This document shows, one piece after another, positions 32,853 to 41,360 of a stretch of 64,000 bases of DNA. Source of the DNA: Gammaproteobacteria bacterium (lineage in GTDB: Bacteria > Pseudomonadota > Gammaproteobacteria > GCA-002705445 > GCA-002716945); contig JBJKYD010000009.1 of NCBI GenBank assembly GCA_045561295.1, positions 164,115-228,114 on the forward strand, written 5' to 3'. The stretch's first letter is position 1. Every line of letters starts with the position of its first letter. Under the pieces are notes generated by a model. It ran no database searches, was not told where the DNA came from, and worked only from the letters and a program-made list of their open reading frames with translations. Position numbers and translations under genes: made by a program.

Positions 32853-33581
32853 TTGGAATACATATTCCTTCTTTTTGTATCTTTTATTTCAAATTTATTC
32901 TCTGCTTTCTCGGGAGGTGGCGCTGGTATAATACAACTTCCTGCAATTCTATTATTGTTCGAAATAACATTTCCAGTAGCACTTGCTACTCATAAAGTCT
33001 CAACAGTTCTTTTGGGTTTAGGTGCGTCTCTAAAGTTCTTTGAAAAAAACATTCCTAATAAAAAAATATTACTAGAGGGAATCATGGTTGGTTTGCCAGC
33101 AGTGATTGTTGGTGCATACTCAATAAGCTCTATAGATGAAGGTCTAGCAAGAAAACTGCTTGGGATTTTAATACTAATAGTATTCCTATTATCATTTATA
33201 AAACGTACTGGAAACATAAGTGATAGCATGCATCCCTTTGCGCTCTATTTTATTTTATTCATAATAGGTTTTCTAAATGGCTCACTCTCAGCTGGGACAG
33301 GTTTACTGTACACTTTGATGTTGACCCAAATATATGGCATGTCATTTAAAGAAGCAATTGGTTATACATTATTAGTTGTAGGTCTGTTTTTTAACTTAAT
33401 AGGAGCTGTGACTCTGTACCTAATTTCAACGATAGATTTTACAATCCTGCCGGTGCTTATAATTGGATCTTTTTTTGGGGGTTACGTTGGAGCAATGATT
33501 GCTATTAGTAAATCTAATAAAGTTATCAAAGCTGCTTATCAATTCGTTACAATCATAGTTGCGTATAAACTTCTATTTTAA
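32853..33581 (+). CDS. sulfite exporter TauE/SafE family membrane protein
   Basis: SAFSGGGAG, ALATHK, NGSLSAGTG; about 8 TM helices. Confidence 0.82.
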   Translation: MEYIFLLFVSFISNLFSAFSGGGAGIIQLPAILLLFEITFPVALATHKVSTVLLGLGASLKFFEKNIPNKKILLEGIMVGLPAVIVGAYSISSIDEGLARKLLGILILIVFLLSFIKRTGNISDSMHPFALYFILFIIGFLNGSLSAGTGLLYTLMLTQIYGMSFKEAIGYTLLVVGLFFNLIGAVTLYLISTIDFTILPVLIIGSFFGGYVGAMIAISKSNKVIKAAYQFVTIIVAYKLLF

Positions 33582-34219
33582 ATACCCTTATATTTAGAAA
33601 TATACACATCCATATTTTGAACATATTTTGTATATTTTGAATTTGATTTTATATATTCATAAATGTCATCAAGATTAATTAAATAATGCGTTTGTATATC
33701 ATATTTTTTTTTAAGTTCTTTTGATGCCATTGAATTTATACCTATTTCCATTCTGTTAAATGCCACAAGAATATTCTTACAAGTAGCATGAGATTCTAAA
33801 ATTAGGTTGTATGATTCGATTATAGATGATCCAGACGAGATTACATCGTCTACTATCAAGGACTCTCCTTTTATATCGCAGCCTACGAAGTTACCTTTGT
33901 CACCATGCAATTTTGTTTCTTTTCTGTTGAATGCATATTGTGAAATGATTGAATATTTAGAATATAAGCTCTGGCAAATTGATGAGCATAGTGTGATCCC
34001 TTTATAAGCTGGTCCAAATATGAAATCATAATTGAGATTATTATTTTTTATATAATCAGCATAATATGAGGAGAGGTCAGATAATAGCTGGCCATCATGA
34101 CATAAACCAGTATTAAAATAATAAGGACTTTTTCTCCCTGATTTGAGCGTGAAATCTCCAAATCTTAAAATTTTTTTATTAATTGTAAACTCTATGAAAT
34201 CGCGTTTCTTATTAAACAT
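33578..34219 (-). CDS. pyrE: orotate phosphoribosyltransferase
   Basis: FTLKSGRKSPYYFN, FGPAYKGI, IVDDVISSG motifs. Confidence 0.96.
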   Translation of the reverse strand: MFNKKRDFIEFTINKKILRFGDFTLKSGRKSPYYFNTGLCHDGQLLSDLSSYYADYIKNNNLNYDFIFGPAYKGITLCSSICQSLYSKYSIISQYAFNRKETKLHGDKGNFVGCDIKGESLIVDDVISSGSSIIESYNLILESHATCKNILVAFNRMEIGINSMASKELKKKYDIQTHYLINLDDIYEYIKSNSKYTKYVQNMDVYISKYKGI

Positions 34220-34263
34220 AGTGGCTAGCCATAAATTAATGATAACATAACGATAAAAGTAAA

Positions 34264-35031
34264 ATGAAAGTTATAACTATAAATGTCTGTGGAATAAGGT
34301 CTAGTCAAAAAAAAGGCCTCTTTGATTGGTTGAAAAAAACTAAAGCAGATTTCATATGCATGCAAGAAACCCGAGCTCTTGAGGAACAAATTATGGATTC
34401 TTGTTTTTCTCTGAAAGGCTATTCTAGATATCTTAATGTTGCTGAAAAAAAAGGATATAGTGGAGTAGCTATTTATACAAAGCACAAGCCTCTTAATATT
34501 AAGACCTCTTTTTCTAAATCAATATTTGAATCTGAGGGCCGCTTTATTCTCACTGAATATAAAGACTTTTCTTTGATATCTGTGTATTTCCCATCGGGGT
34601 CATCTGGAGAAGAAAGACAAAAATTAAAATATGAGTTTATGGGACATTTTGAGAAGTTTATAAAAAAGCTCATCAAAGAGAAGAAGCCATTGATTGTATG
34701 TGGGGATTATAATATTGCGCACACTAAAGATGATATAAAGAATTGGAGATCTAACCAGAAGAATTCTGGCTTTTTACTTGAAGAGAGGGAGTGGATGACA
34801 AAATTGATTAATAAGATTGGATTAAAGGATGCGTTTCGAGAAAAGTGTAAAAAAACAGATATATATACATGGTGGTCAAATAGAGGCAATGCTTATAATA
34901 ATAATGTAGGCTGGAGAATTGACTATCAAATGGTGACTGATAACTTCTGTAATAAAATTAAAAGTGCTTCAGTATACAAAGCAAATAAATTCTCAGATCA
35001 TGCGCCTCTTATAGTTAATTATGATATTTGA
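34264..35031 (+). CDS. xth: exodeoxyribonuclease III family AP endonuclease (at the pyrE/crc locus)
   Basis: CMQET, GYSGVA, EGR, GDYNIAH, GWRIDY, SDHAP motifs. Confidence 0.9.
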   Translation: MKVITINVCGIRSSQKKGLFDWLKKTKADFICMQETRALEEQIMDSCFSLKGYSRYLNVAEKKGYSGVAIYTKHKPLNIKTSFSKSIFESEGRFILTEYKDFSLISVYFPSGSSGEERQKLKYEFMGHFEKFIKKLIKEKKPLIVCGDYNIAHTKDDIKNWRSNQKNSGFLLEEREWMTKLINKIGLKDAFREKCKKTDIYTWWSNRGNAYNNNVGWRIDYQMVTDNFCNKIKSASVYKANKFSDHAPLIVNYDI

Positions 35032-36289
35032 TTCTATACAAAATATATTTAAACCTTATTCAGACAAAAAAATAATTATCTCAATGATAATGGGTTTTGT
35101 TGCAGGCCTTCCTTTGCTATTAACTATCACACTTCTTCAAGCATGGCTAACGGACGTCAATGTATCCAAATCAACTATTGGATTATTTGCATTGATTGGC
35201 TTACCTTACTCTTTAAAATTTTTATGGGCACCAATTTTTGATCGGTATGTAATATCTCCTCTAGGAAGAAGGAGAGGCTGGCTTTTATTCGTACAAGTAC
35301 TATTAATAATATCTATATTTTCATTAGGACAATCAAATCCAGAGATTAATCTTTATAATGTTGCTGTTCTCTCATTATCAGTTACGTTCTTTTCAGCTTC
35401 TCAAGATATCATTATAGATGCATATAGAAGAGAAAGCCTTCTAGAAAGGGAACAGACCATAGGGGCATCAGCTTATGTTTTAGGATACAGATTCGGGGCT
35501 TTAGCTGCCGGAGCAGGGGGGCTTATTCTAGCGGATATTTATTCTTACTCATTTGTTTATACGTTGATGTCATTGATAATGCTACTAGGTGTTGTAACAA
35601 CATTCTTTGCAAATGAACCTAAAATTACAGCTCAGCCAACCACACTGAAAGAATCTATAATTGAACCTTTTAAAGAATTCTTTAATCGCTATCAGGTTGA
35701 AAAAAATGATATTCAAAAGTATGTTCCATATCTAATTTTATTATTCGTATTGTTGTATAAAGTAGGCGATACGATGGCACACTCATTAAGTACAAATTTT
35801 TATCTCGAGATAGGATTTTCAAAAACAGAAATTGGTACCGTAGTTAAATTTTTTGGTCTAGGCGCTACATTGATAGGAGCTTTCGTAGGCGGTGTGCTAT
35901 CACTAAAAATTGGCTTATACAAATCCCTAATATATTTTGGTGTATTTCAATTAATCGCTACACTAGGTTTTGCCGTATTATTCTACACCGGCGATAATAT
36001 AGTTATGCTAATTGGTGTCATTACACTTGAAAATTTAGCTGCAGGAATGGGGTATACTGCTTACCTAGCCTTTATAGCTAATATGACTTCAAAGCAATTT
36101 ACAGCAACACAGTTTGCTCTTATGACAGCATTAATGTCTTTACCAAGAACATTCTTATCTGGGACCTCAGGGTTCTTAGTTGAAATGTTAGATTGGGATA
36201 TCTACTTTATTTTTTGTTCTTTAATAGCAATACCTGCTCTGTTAATATTAAAAAAAATCAAATTTATTATTAAAGATGAACAAATTTAA
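35021..36289 (+). CDS. ampG: muropeptide MFS transporter AmpG
   Basis: GLPLLL, LKFLWAP, GRRRGW, SASQDI.IDAYR, FTATQFAL motifs. Confidence 0.93.
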   Translation: MIFDSIQNIFKPYSDKKIIISMIMGFVAGLPLLLTITLLQAWLTDVNVSKSTIGLFALIGLPYSLKFLWAPIFDRYVISPLGRRRGWLLFVQVLLIISIFSLGQSNPEINLYNVAVLSLSVTFFSASQDIIIDAYRRESLLEREQTIGASAYVLGYRFGALAAGAGGLILADIYSYSFVYTLMSLIMLLGVVTTFFANEPKITAQPTTLKESIIEPFKEFFNRYQVEKNDIQKYVPYLILLFVLLYKVGDTMAHSLSTNFYLEIGFSKTEIGTVVKFFGLGATLIGAFVGGVLSLKIGLYKSLIYFGVFQLIATLGFAVLFYTGDNIVMLIGVITLENLAAGMGYTAYLAFIANMTSKQFTATQFALMTALMSLPRTFLSGTSGFLVEMLDWDIYFIFCSLIAIPALLILKKIKFIIKDEQI

Positions 36290-36758
36290 TACAGCTGACT
36301 TGTGTGACGACTATAAATTGGTTGTAGCAAAACCTATCTTCAAGTCTTTTGGCTCTCATACACATTGCTATGGAAGAATTAAAACTGTAGAAGCTATCGA
36401 AGATAACTCATACGTAAAGAAGCTATTACAAGAAGATGGATCAGGCTGTGTAATGGTCGTTGATGGTAAAGGGTCAGAAAAATGTGCTCTTGTAGGTGAT
36501 AATTTAGCTGCACTCGGAGCAGAGAATAACTGGTCAGGAATTATAGTAAATGGCTGTATAAGAGATAGTTTGGAGATTAACAATATTGGTATATCTATAA
36601 AAGCCATTAACTTAGTCCCCAACAAGAGTGAAAAAAAGGATGTTGGAAAATATAATCTAGATCTAAACTTCGCTGGAGTAACATTCAAGGAAAATCAATT
36701 TATTTACTCTGATCCTGACGGTATTGTTATCTCGTCAACAGAGATTATCTTAAAGTGA
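36276..36758 (+). CDS. rraA: RraA family protein
   Basis: TADLCD, EDNS, VVDG.G, ALVGD, GCIRD, DPDG motifs. Confidence 0.9.
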   Translation: MNKFNTADLCDDYKLVVAKPIFKSFGSHTHCYGRIKTVEAIEDNSYVKKLLQEDGSGCVMVVDGKGSEKCALVGDNLAALGAENNWSGIIVNGCIRDSLEINNIGISIKAINLVPNKSEKKDVGKYNLDLNFAGVTFKENQFIYSDPDGIVISSTEIILK

Positions 36759-37348
36759 ATAATACTTTTATAAATCTTGAAAACATTAACTTAATTAAAC
36801 AAGGGAAAAAAATAGTAGATGATTTTTCACTAGCTATATCTTACAGAGAAAAAATTAATATTTTTGGAAGAAACGGAACTGGAAAAACTTCATTACTAAA
36901 ATTGATTTCTGGAATTACATGTCCTTCATCAGGCAAAGTAACCATAGATGAAAATACTTCTATCCATGAGGATTTATTTTATATTGGCCATAAATATGGC
37001 TTAAAAAATGAACTAAGTGTGGCTGATAATATTAAGTATACTCTTGGATTCCATCAGCGGAACTTAGAAGAAAAGTACATTATTGATGAATTAGATTTAT
37101 ATAACATAAAAGATAAATTTATAACTAAAGTAAAATATCTATCACATGGGCAAAAGAAGATTGTAACTCTGGTGCAATTATCTCTACTTAAAAATAAAAT
37201 TTGGATTTTAGATGAACCATTTACTGGTCTTGATCAAAACATAATTGATACCTTTATAAAAAAAATAGATCAGCATATAGCTGACGGCGGAACAGTTGTT
37301 ATTACTAGTCATAACCAAAAAGATAAATTTACTAATGTAGAACTATGA
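36755..37348 (+). CDS. ccmA: heme exporter ATP-binding subunit
   Basis: GRNGTGKT, YIGH, LSHGQ, WILDEPFT, TSH motifs. Confidence 0.9.
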   Translation: MNNTFINLENINLIKQGKKIVDDFSLAISYREKINIFGRNGTGKTSLLKLISGITCPSSGKVTIDENTSIHEDLFYIGHKYGLKNELSVADNIKYTLGFHQRNLEEKYIIDELDLYNIKDKFITKVKYLSHGQKKIVTLVQLSLLKNKIWILDEPFTGLDQNIIDTFIKKIDQHIADGGTVVITSHNQKDKFTNVEL

Positions 37349-38016
37349 TGAACGTTTTCTTTTCAATCATTTTCAAAGATATGAGAGTAATTCTAAACTC
37401 TGGTACAAAGGTTTTCATGCCTATAGTGTATCTTTTACTAATACTAATCTTCTTTTCAATTAGTATTGCAAATACAACCCTTGGTGGTTATGACAAAGTA
37501 TTGCCTCAAATTATTTGGCTAGCTTGTTTACTAGTAAGTCTATTAAATATGGAAGCTTTGTTTAAGGACGATTTTGAAGATGGAACACTAGAAGGTATTG
37601 TCATTAATTCTCATGTACTAGAATTTAATGTTTTGGCCAAAGTTATATCCTATTGGCTCTTTACAATTATACCATTGGTTATCATTGGTTTTCTTGCTAA
37701 CTATCTTCTTACATCTAACATGGGGGCTTCAATAGTCCTATTGGTTAGTTTACTTCTAGGGACCTTAACTATCTCATTAATTGGGTCTATTGCTGCTTCT
37801 CTTACTTTAAGTATAAAAGGAAACAATCTATTATTATCATCAATAGTACTGCCTTTGGATATTCCTGTGCTGATCTTCGGGACGAGTTCTGTCTATAATG
37901 CCATGTCAGGAGTTGATTATAATTCTGAATTATTATTTTTATTATTATTGTTAATATTATTTTTAATTATTTCGCCATTCGCATCTGCGATGGGTCTAAA
38001 AAATAGCTTAGACTAG
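37345..38016 (+). CDS. ccmB: heme exporter permease
   Basis: LFKDDFEDGTLE, LPLDIPVLIFG motifs. Confidence 0.93.
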   Translation: MMNVFFSIIFKDMRVILNSGTKVFMPIVYLLLILIFFSISIANTTLGGYDKVLPQIIWLACLLVSLLNMEALFKDDFEDGTLEGIVINSHVLEFNVLAKVISYWLFTIIPLVIIGFLANYLLTSNMGASIVLLVSLLLGTLTISLIGSIAASLTLSIKGNNLLLSSIVLPLDIPVLIFGTSSVYNAMSGVDYNSELLFLLLLLILFLIISPFASAMGLKNSLD

Positions 38017-38733
38017 TTTAGCCCAGGATTTGTTTTTCTCATTTTCAAGAAGCATGTTTTGAGATGATTTAAACATAGTACCAAGAAAGAAAAATGTAAA
38101 CCCAAGAGCGGTTATTATTAGAGGCGTTAACATATCACCTGCAATACTAGGAGCGCTCAACTTAATTACAGATGGGCCCTGATGAAGTGTATTCCACCAC
38201 TCTACAGAAAAATGAATAATAGGAATATTTATAAAACCAACAATAGATAATATATTTACAGAAGTTGCAGCTTTTTTCTTATCTTCAAAAGAACCATGTA
38301 ATAACAATATTGATATATAAATAAAAAACAAGATTAGCTCTGATGTAAGCCTAGCATCCCATGCCCACCATGTTCCCCACATTGGCTCTCCCCATATAGC
38401 GCCAGTGATCAGTGTAAAAAAAGTAAATACAGCACCAAGTTTGCAGGAAGCTAACAAAATTAAATCATAGACCTTGATGTGCCAAATTAACGATATGATT
38501 GCAGAGAAGAAAACCACAGAATAAGCAAAAAGAGAAATCCATGCGCTGGGAACATGAACATACATGATTCTGAATGCATCACCTTGTTGGTAATCTGACG
38601 GTGCTACAAATAAACCTTCATACAGTCCATAGCTAATGAATATCAGAGCAAGTAGCAAAAGCCATGGTATAATTGCATCGGTGAATTTATAATAACCCTC
38701 GGGTGAAATAGTTGAAAAAAGTTTTTTTAACAT
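38008..38733 (-). CDS. ccmC: heme exporter protein C
   Basis: DYQQGDAFRIMYVHVP, WWD motif WGEPMWGTWWAWDARLT, WWNTLHQ. Confidence 0.96.
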   Translation of the reverse strand: MLKKLFSTISPEGYYKFTDAIIPWLLLLALIFISYGLYEGLFVAPSDYQQGDAFRIMYVHVPSAWISLFAYSVVFFSAIISLIWHIKVYDLILLASCKLGAVFTFFTLITGAIWGEPMWGTWWAWDARLTSELILFFIYISILLLHGSFEDKKKAATSVNILSIVGFINIPIIHFSVEWWNTLHQGPSVIKLSAPSIAGDMLTPLIITALGFTFFFLGTMFKSSQNMLLENEKNKSWAKLV

Positions 38734-38767
38734 AATTAATAAAAAATGATAGCATACAAATAATTTT

Positions 38768-38908
38768 ATGACTGAAAATAAACTAAGAGACTATGAAAAA
38801 TCTATGGTTACATGGTGCAAAAGTTTGCAAGGAAAATATAAACTTATGAAAAAACTTAATAAAAAAGCATTCAATAACTCAGTCAAATCAAAGAAAGACA
38901 CTGGTTAA
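38768..38908 (+). CDS. possible small basic protein (46 aa)
   Basis: Manual ORF MTENKLRDYEKSMVTWCKSLQGKYKLMKKLNKKAFNNSVKSKKDTG fills an otherwise large gap; no motif or clear RBS. Confidence 0.3.
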   Translation: MTENKLRDYEKSMVTWCKSLQGKYKLMKKLNKKAFNNSVKSKKDTG

Positions 38909-39683
38909 TTGAATCCTCATGTTCTTTCATCTGACCATTGACTACGAAGAACGGTCCGTTTAAGAACTTCGACCCTTGCCCGTATCTAAATCTCTCAAGG
39001 TTTTTGTCTACGAAGAGAGCTCCAGATTCTTCAATTATACATTGCCCGGCTGCTGTATCCCATTCATGAGTGGGCCCTAGTCTTACTGAAAAATGCCCTT
39101 TACCCTCTGCTACTCTAACAAATTTAATTGCACTCGACATATAAATTAGCTTTGAATGTTTGAAATTATTGTTCAATAATTTTACAACACTATCTCTTAT
39201 AACTGTGCTTACAAATATATTATTATCGATTTCAGATTTATTAGTAATTTTGACTTTAGGCATATTCTCTTTTATCAAAAATGCACCTTCACCAGAAGAT
39301 GCATAGTAAAACTCTTTACTTGATGGTATATAAATTATTCCAAATGAAGGATAGCTATTATGTATATATGAAATACATATACAAAATTGTTCACCTCCTT
39401 TTATATAGTTCTTTGTTCCGTCAATTGGGTCGACCAGCCAATAGGAAAGCTTTTTATTGGATTTATCATCGCTCTCTTCGGAAATAATAGTATCTCCTTT
39501 AAATGTTCTAGATAGATAACTAACTATCAACTCACTAGAGCGTATATCTATATTAGTCACAGGGGTATTATCAGATTTTACATTAATGTTTAAATTTTTT
39601 TGTCCATCTAATTGAATCTGTCCTATATTTTGACAAAGTTTTAGAAGATCCGGAATGTGTTTTTGAAAATTGTGATTACTCAT
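38883..39683 (-). CDS. cysQ: 3'(2'),5'-bisphosphate nucleotidase
   Basis: KSDNTPVT, SEE, DPIDGT, EWDTAAG motifs. Confidence 0.9.
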   Translation of the reverse strand: MSNHNFQKHIPDLLKLCQNIGQIQLDGQKNLNINVKSDNTPVTNIDIRSSELIVSYLSRTFKGDTIISEESDDKSNKKLSYWLVDPIDGTKNYIKGGEQFCICISYIHNSYPSFGIIYIPSSKEFYYASSGEGAFLIKENMPKVKITNKSEIDNNIFVSTVIRDSVVKLLNNNFKHSKLIYMSSAIKFVRVAEGKGHFSVRLGPTHEWDTAAGQCIIEESGALFVDKNLERFRYGQGSKFLNGPFFVVNGQMKEHEDSINQCLSLI

Positions 39684-40197
39684 GATTTTCTATAATGTTC
39701 AGAGCGGCATGTACTCTCGAATCTATAATTTCATTTTTATCAAGAAAATTAATGACATCATCTCTGTGAACTCTTATTACCTCGAGTTCTTCTGGTTCGT
39801 CACCACGAAGCGATGATACAGATAACTCCTTAGCAACCATTACATAAGTCATGTGATCTATATAACCAGGCGCAAGATAAAGTTTTTTTATAAGTTTAAT
39901 TTCCTTAGATTTATAACCAACTTCTTCTTGTAACTCACGATTAGCAGCTTCCTCAATTGTTTCCCCTTTGTCAATCTTGCCTTTAGGAAAAGTAATCATA
40001 TAATCATCGATTGCAGCAGCATATTCTTTTATAAAAATAATATCATTTTCTATGAAAGGGACTACCATCACAGCACCACTCCCCGTTCCAGATATGATTT
40101 CATACTTCATAGTTATACCATTAAACTCTATGTCTGCTTGTTTGATATCAAATAGTTTTGATTTAAATATTGATTTTTGCTTAAGTATTTTTGGCAT
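39676..40197 (-). CDS. nudE: ADP-compounds Nudix hydrolase
   Basis: FPKG...ANRELQEEVG Nudix box, APGY, GDEPE; cysQ/yrfG synteny. Confidence 0.9.
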   Translation of the reverse strand: MPKILKQKSIFKSKLFDIKQADIEFNGITMKYEIISGTGSGAVMVVPFIENDIIFIKEYAAAIDDYMITFPKGKIDKGETIEEAANRELQEEVGYKSKEIKLIKKLYLAPGYIDHMTYVMVAKELSVSSLRGDEPEELEVIRVHRDDVINFLDKNEIIDSRVHAALNIIENHE

Positions 40198-40235
40198 TGT
40201 GTACTCTGACTATCAAGGATGATACATTATCAGTT

Positions 40236-40883
40236 ATGATTTTTAAAGATATAGAATGCATGCTAATAGACATGGATGGGGTCATTCTAGATAACACTTA
40301 TGACAATAACTTTTGGCAAAATCAAATTCCAGAAGTTATCGCACAAAATAAAAGAATCTCATTCGATGACGCAAAAAAACTTGCTATACAGATATTTAAT
40401 TATAAGAAAAATACTAAGGATTGGTATGACGTCGATTACTGGTCTAATATGCTAGACATAGATATTGAGGCTCAAAAAAGATCAGAGCAAAGCTTTAGTA
40501 AAATAAGTTTATATGATGGAGTTATTGATACTTTAAATGAACTTAAAAAAAAATCAAAAATAATCCTAATTACAAATGCCCATAGAAAAACACTGAATAT
40601 CAAATTAGAAAAATATGATTTAGCTCCTTATTTTGATGACATGGTTTGTGCGCATGAGCTGTGTTATGTCAAGGAGGATATACAGTTATGGTATATGTTA
40701 CGTTTAAAATATAAATTAGATTATAAAAAAACGATTCTAATTGAAGATACAATTAATAATATTAATGTAGGGCTATCTGCTGGGATATCAGGTGCCATAT
40801 ATCTAGGTGATGAAGGCTTTACTGCTTCTGACAAAATACTCAAGCTATCATCAATTAATCAGGTTCTTTCTGCAATCAATTAA
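40236..40883 (+). CDS. yrfG: HAD-family GMP/IMP nucleotidase
   Basis: DMDGVILD..YDNNFW, WY.VDYW, TNAH motifs; likely start ATG at 40236. Confidence 0.85.
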   Translation: MIFKDIECMLIDMDGVILDNTYDNNFWQNQIPEVIAQNKRISFDDAKKLAIQIFNYKKNTKDWYDVDYWSNMLDIDIEAQKRSEQSFSKISLYDGVIDTLNELKKKSKIILITNAHRKTLNIKLEKYDLAPYFDDMVCAHELCYVKEDIQLWYMLRLKYKLDYKKTILIEDTINNINVGLSAGISGAIYLGDEGFTASDKILKLSSINQVLSAIN

Positions 40884-41360
40884 AGAAAGCGTTTCATAAT
40901 TATTATCTATGGGAAATGTTTCCTCAACATGAATTATAGTTTTGTTTTTTTTAAAAAGAGTAACTCTTGTCACATGATTTTCTTGTAAACAATAGTTTAT
41001 AGCATGTTTCACAAAACTGTGGTTATTAAACAATATAGTTGCCAAAGATTTGTCCTTAAGATGCTTTATATGTTTTATCTTCCCTTTAATATTACTTATA
41101 GGTGTATATGATACAGCCTTTATCGATTTATCTAAGTTGCCCTTGATCTCTACTTTTCTTATAAATGAATATTTTTTTGATAAGCAATTAAGCCTTTTTG
41201 TTAAACTTATATGAGATGAGATAAACTTCACACGACCTGACTTATTACTAATTATCCTTTTGGTTAGAGAAGAATTATCAATTAAGATTCTCCTGAGATT
41301 GTTTGGTAAATCTTTGATTTTTCGCTCGCATCTCCATTTCTGTTTATAATTGTATTTCAT
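40851..41360 (-). CDS. ubiC: divergent chorismate pyruvate-lyase
   Basis: DNSSLTKRI, SLATILF, VEETFP resemble UbiC motifs; downstream of recG. Confidence 0.65.
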   Translation of the reverse strand: MKYNYKQKWRCERKIKDLPNNLRRILIDNSSLTKRIISNKSGRVKFISSHISLTKRLNCLSKKYSFIRKVEIKGNLDKSIKAVSYTPISNIKGKIKHIKHLKDKSLATILFNNHSFVKHAINYCLQENHVTRVTLFKKNKTIIHVEETFPIDNNYETLSLIDCRKNLIN

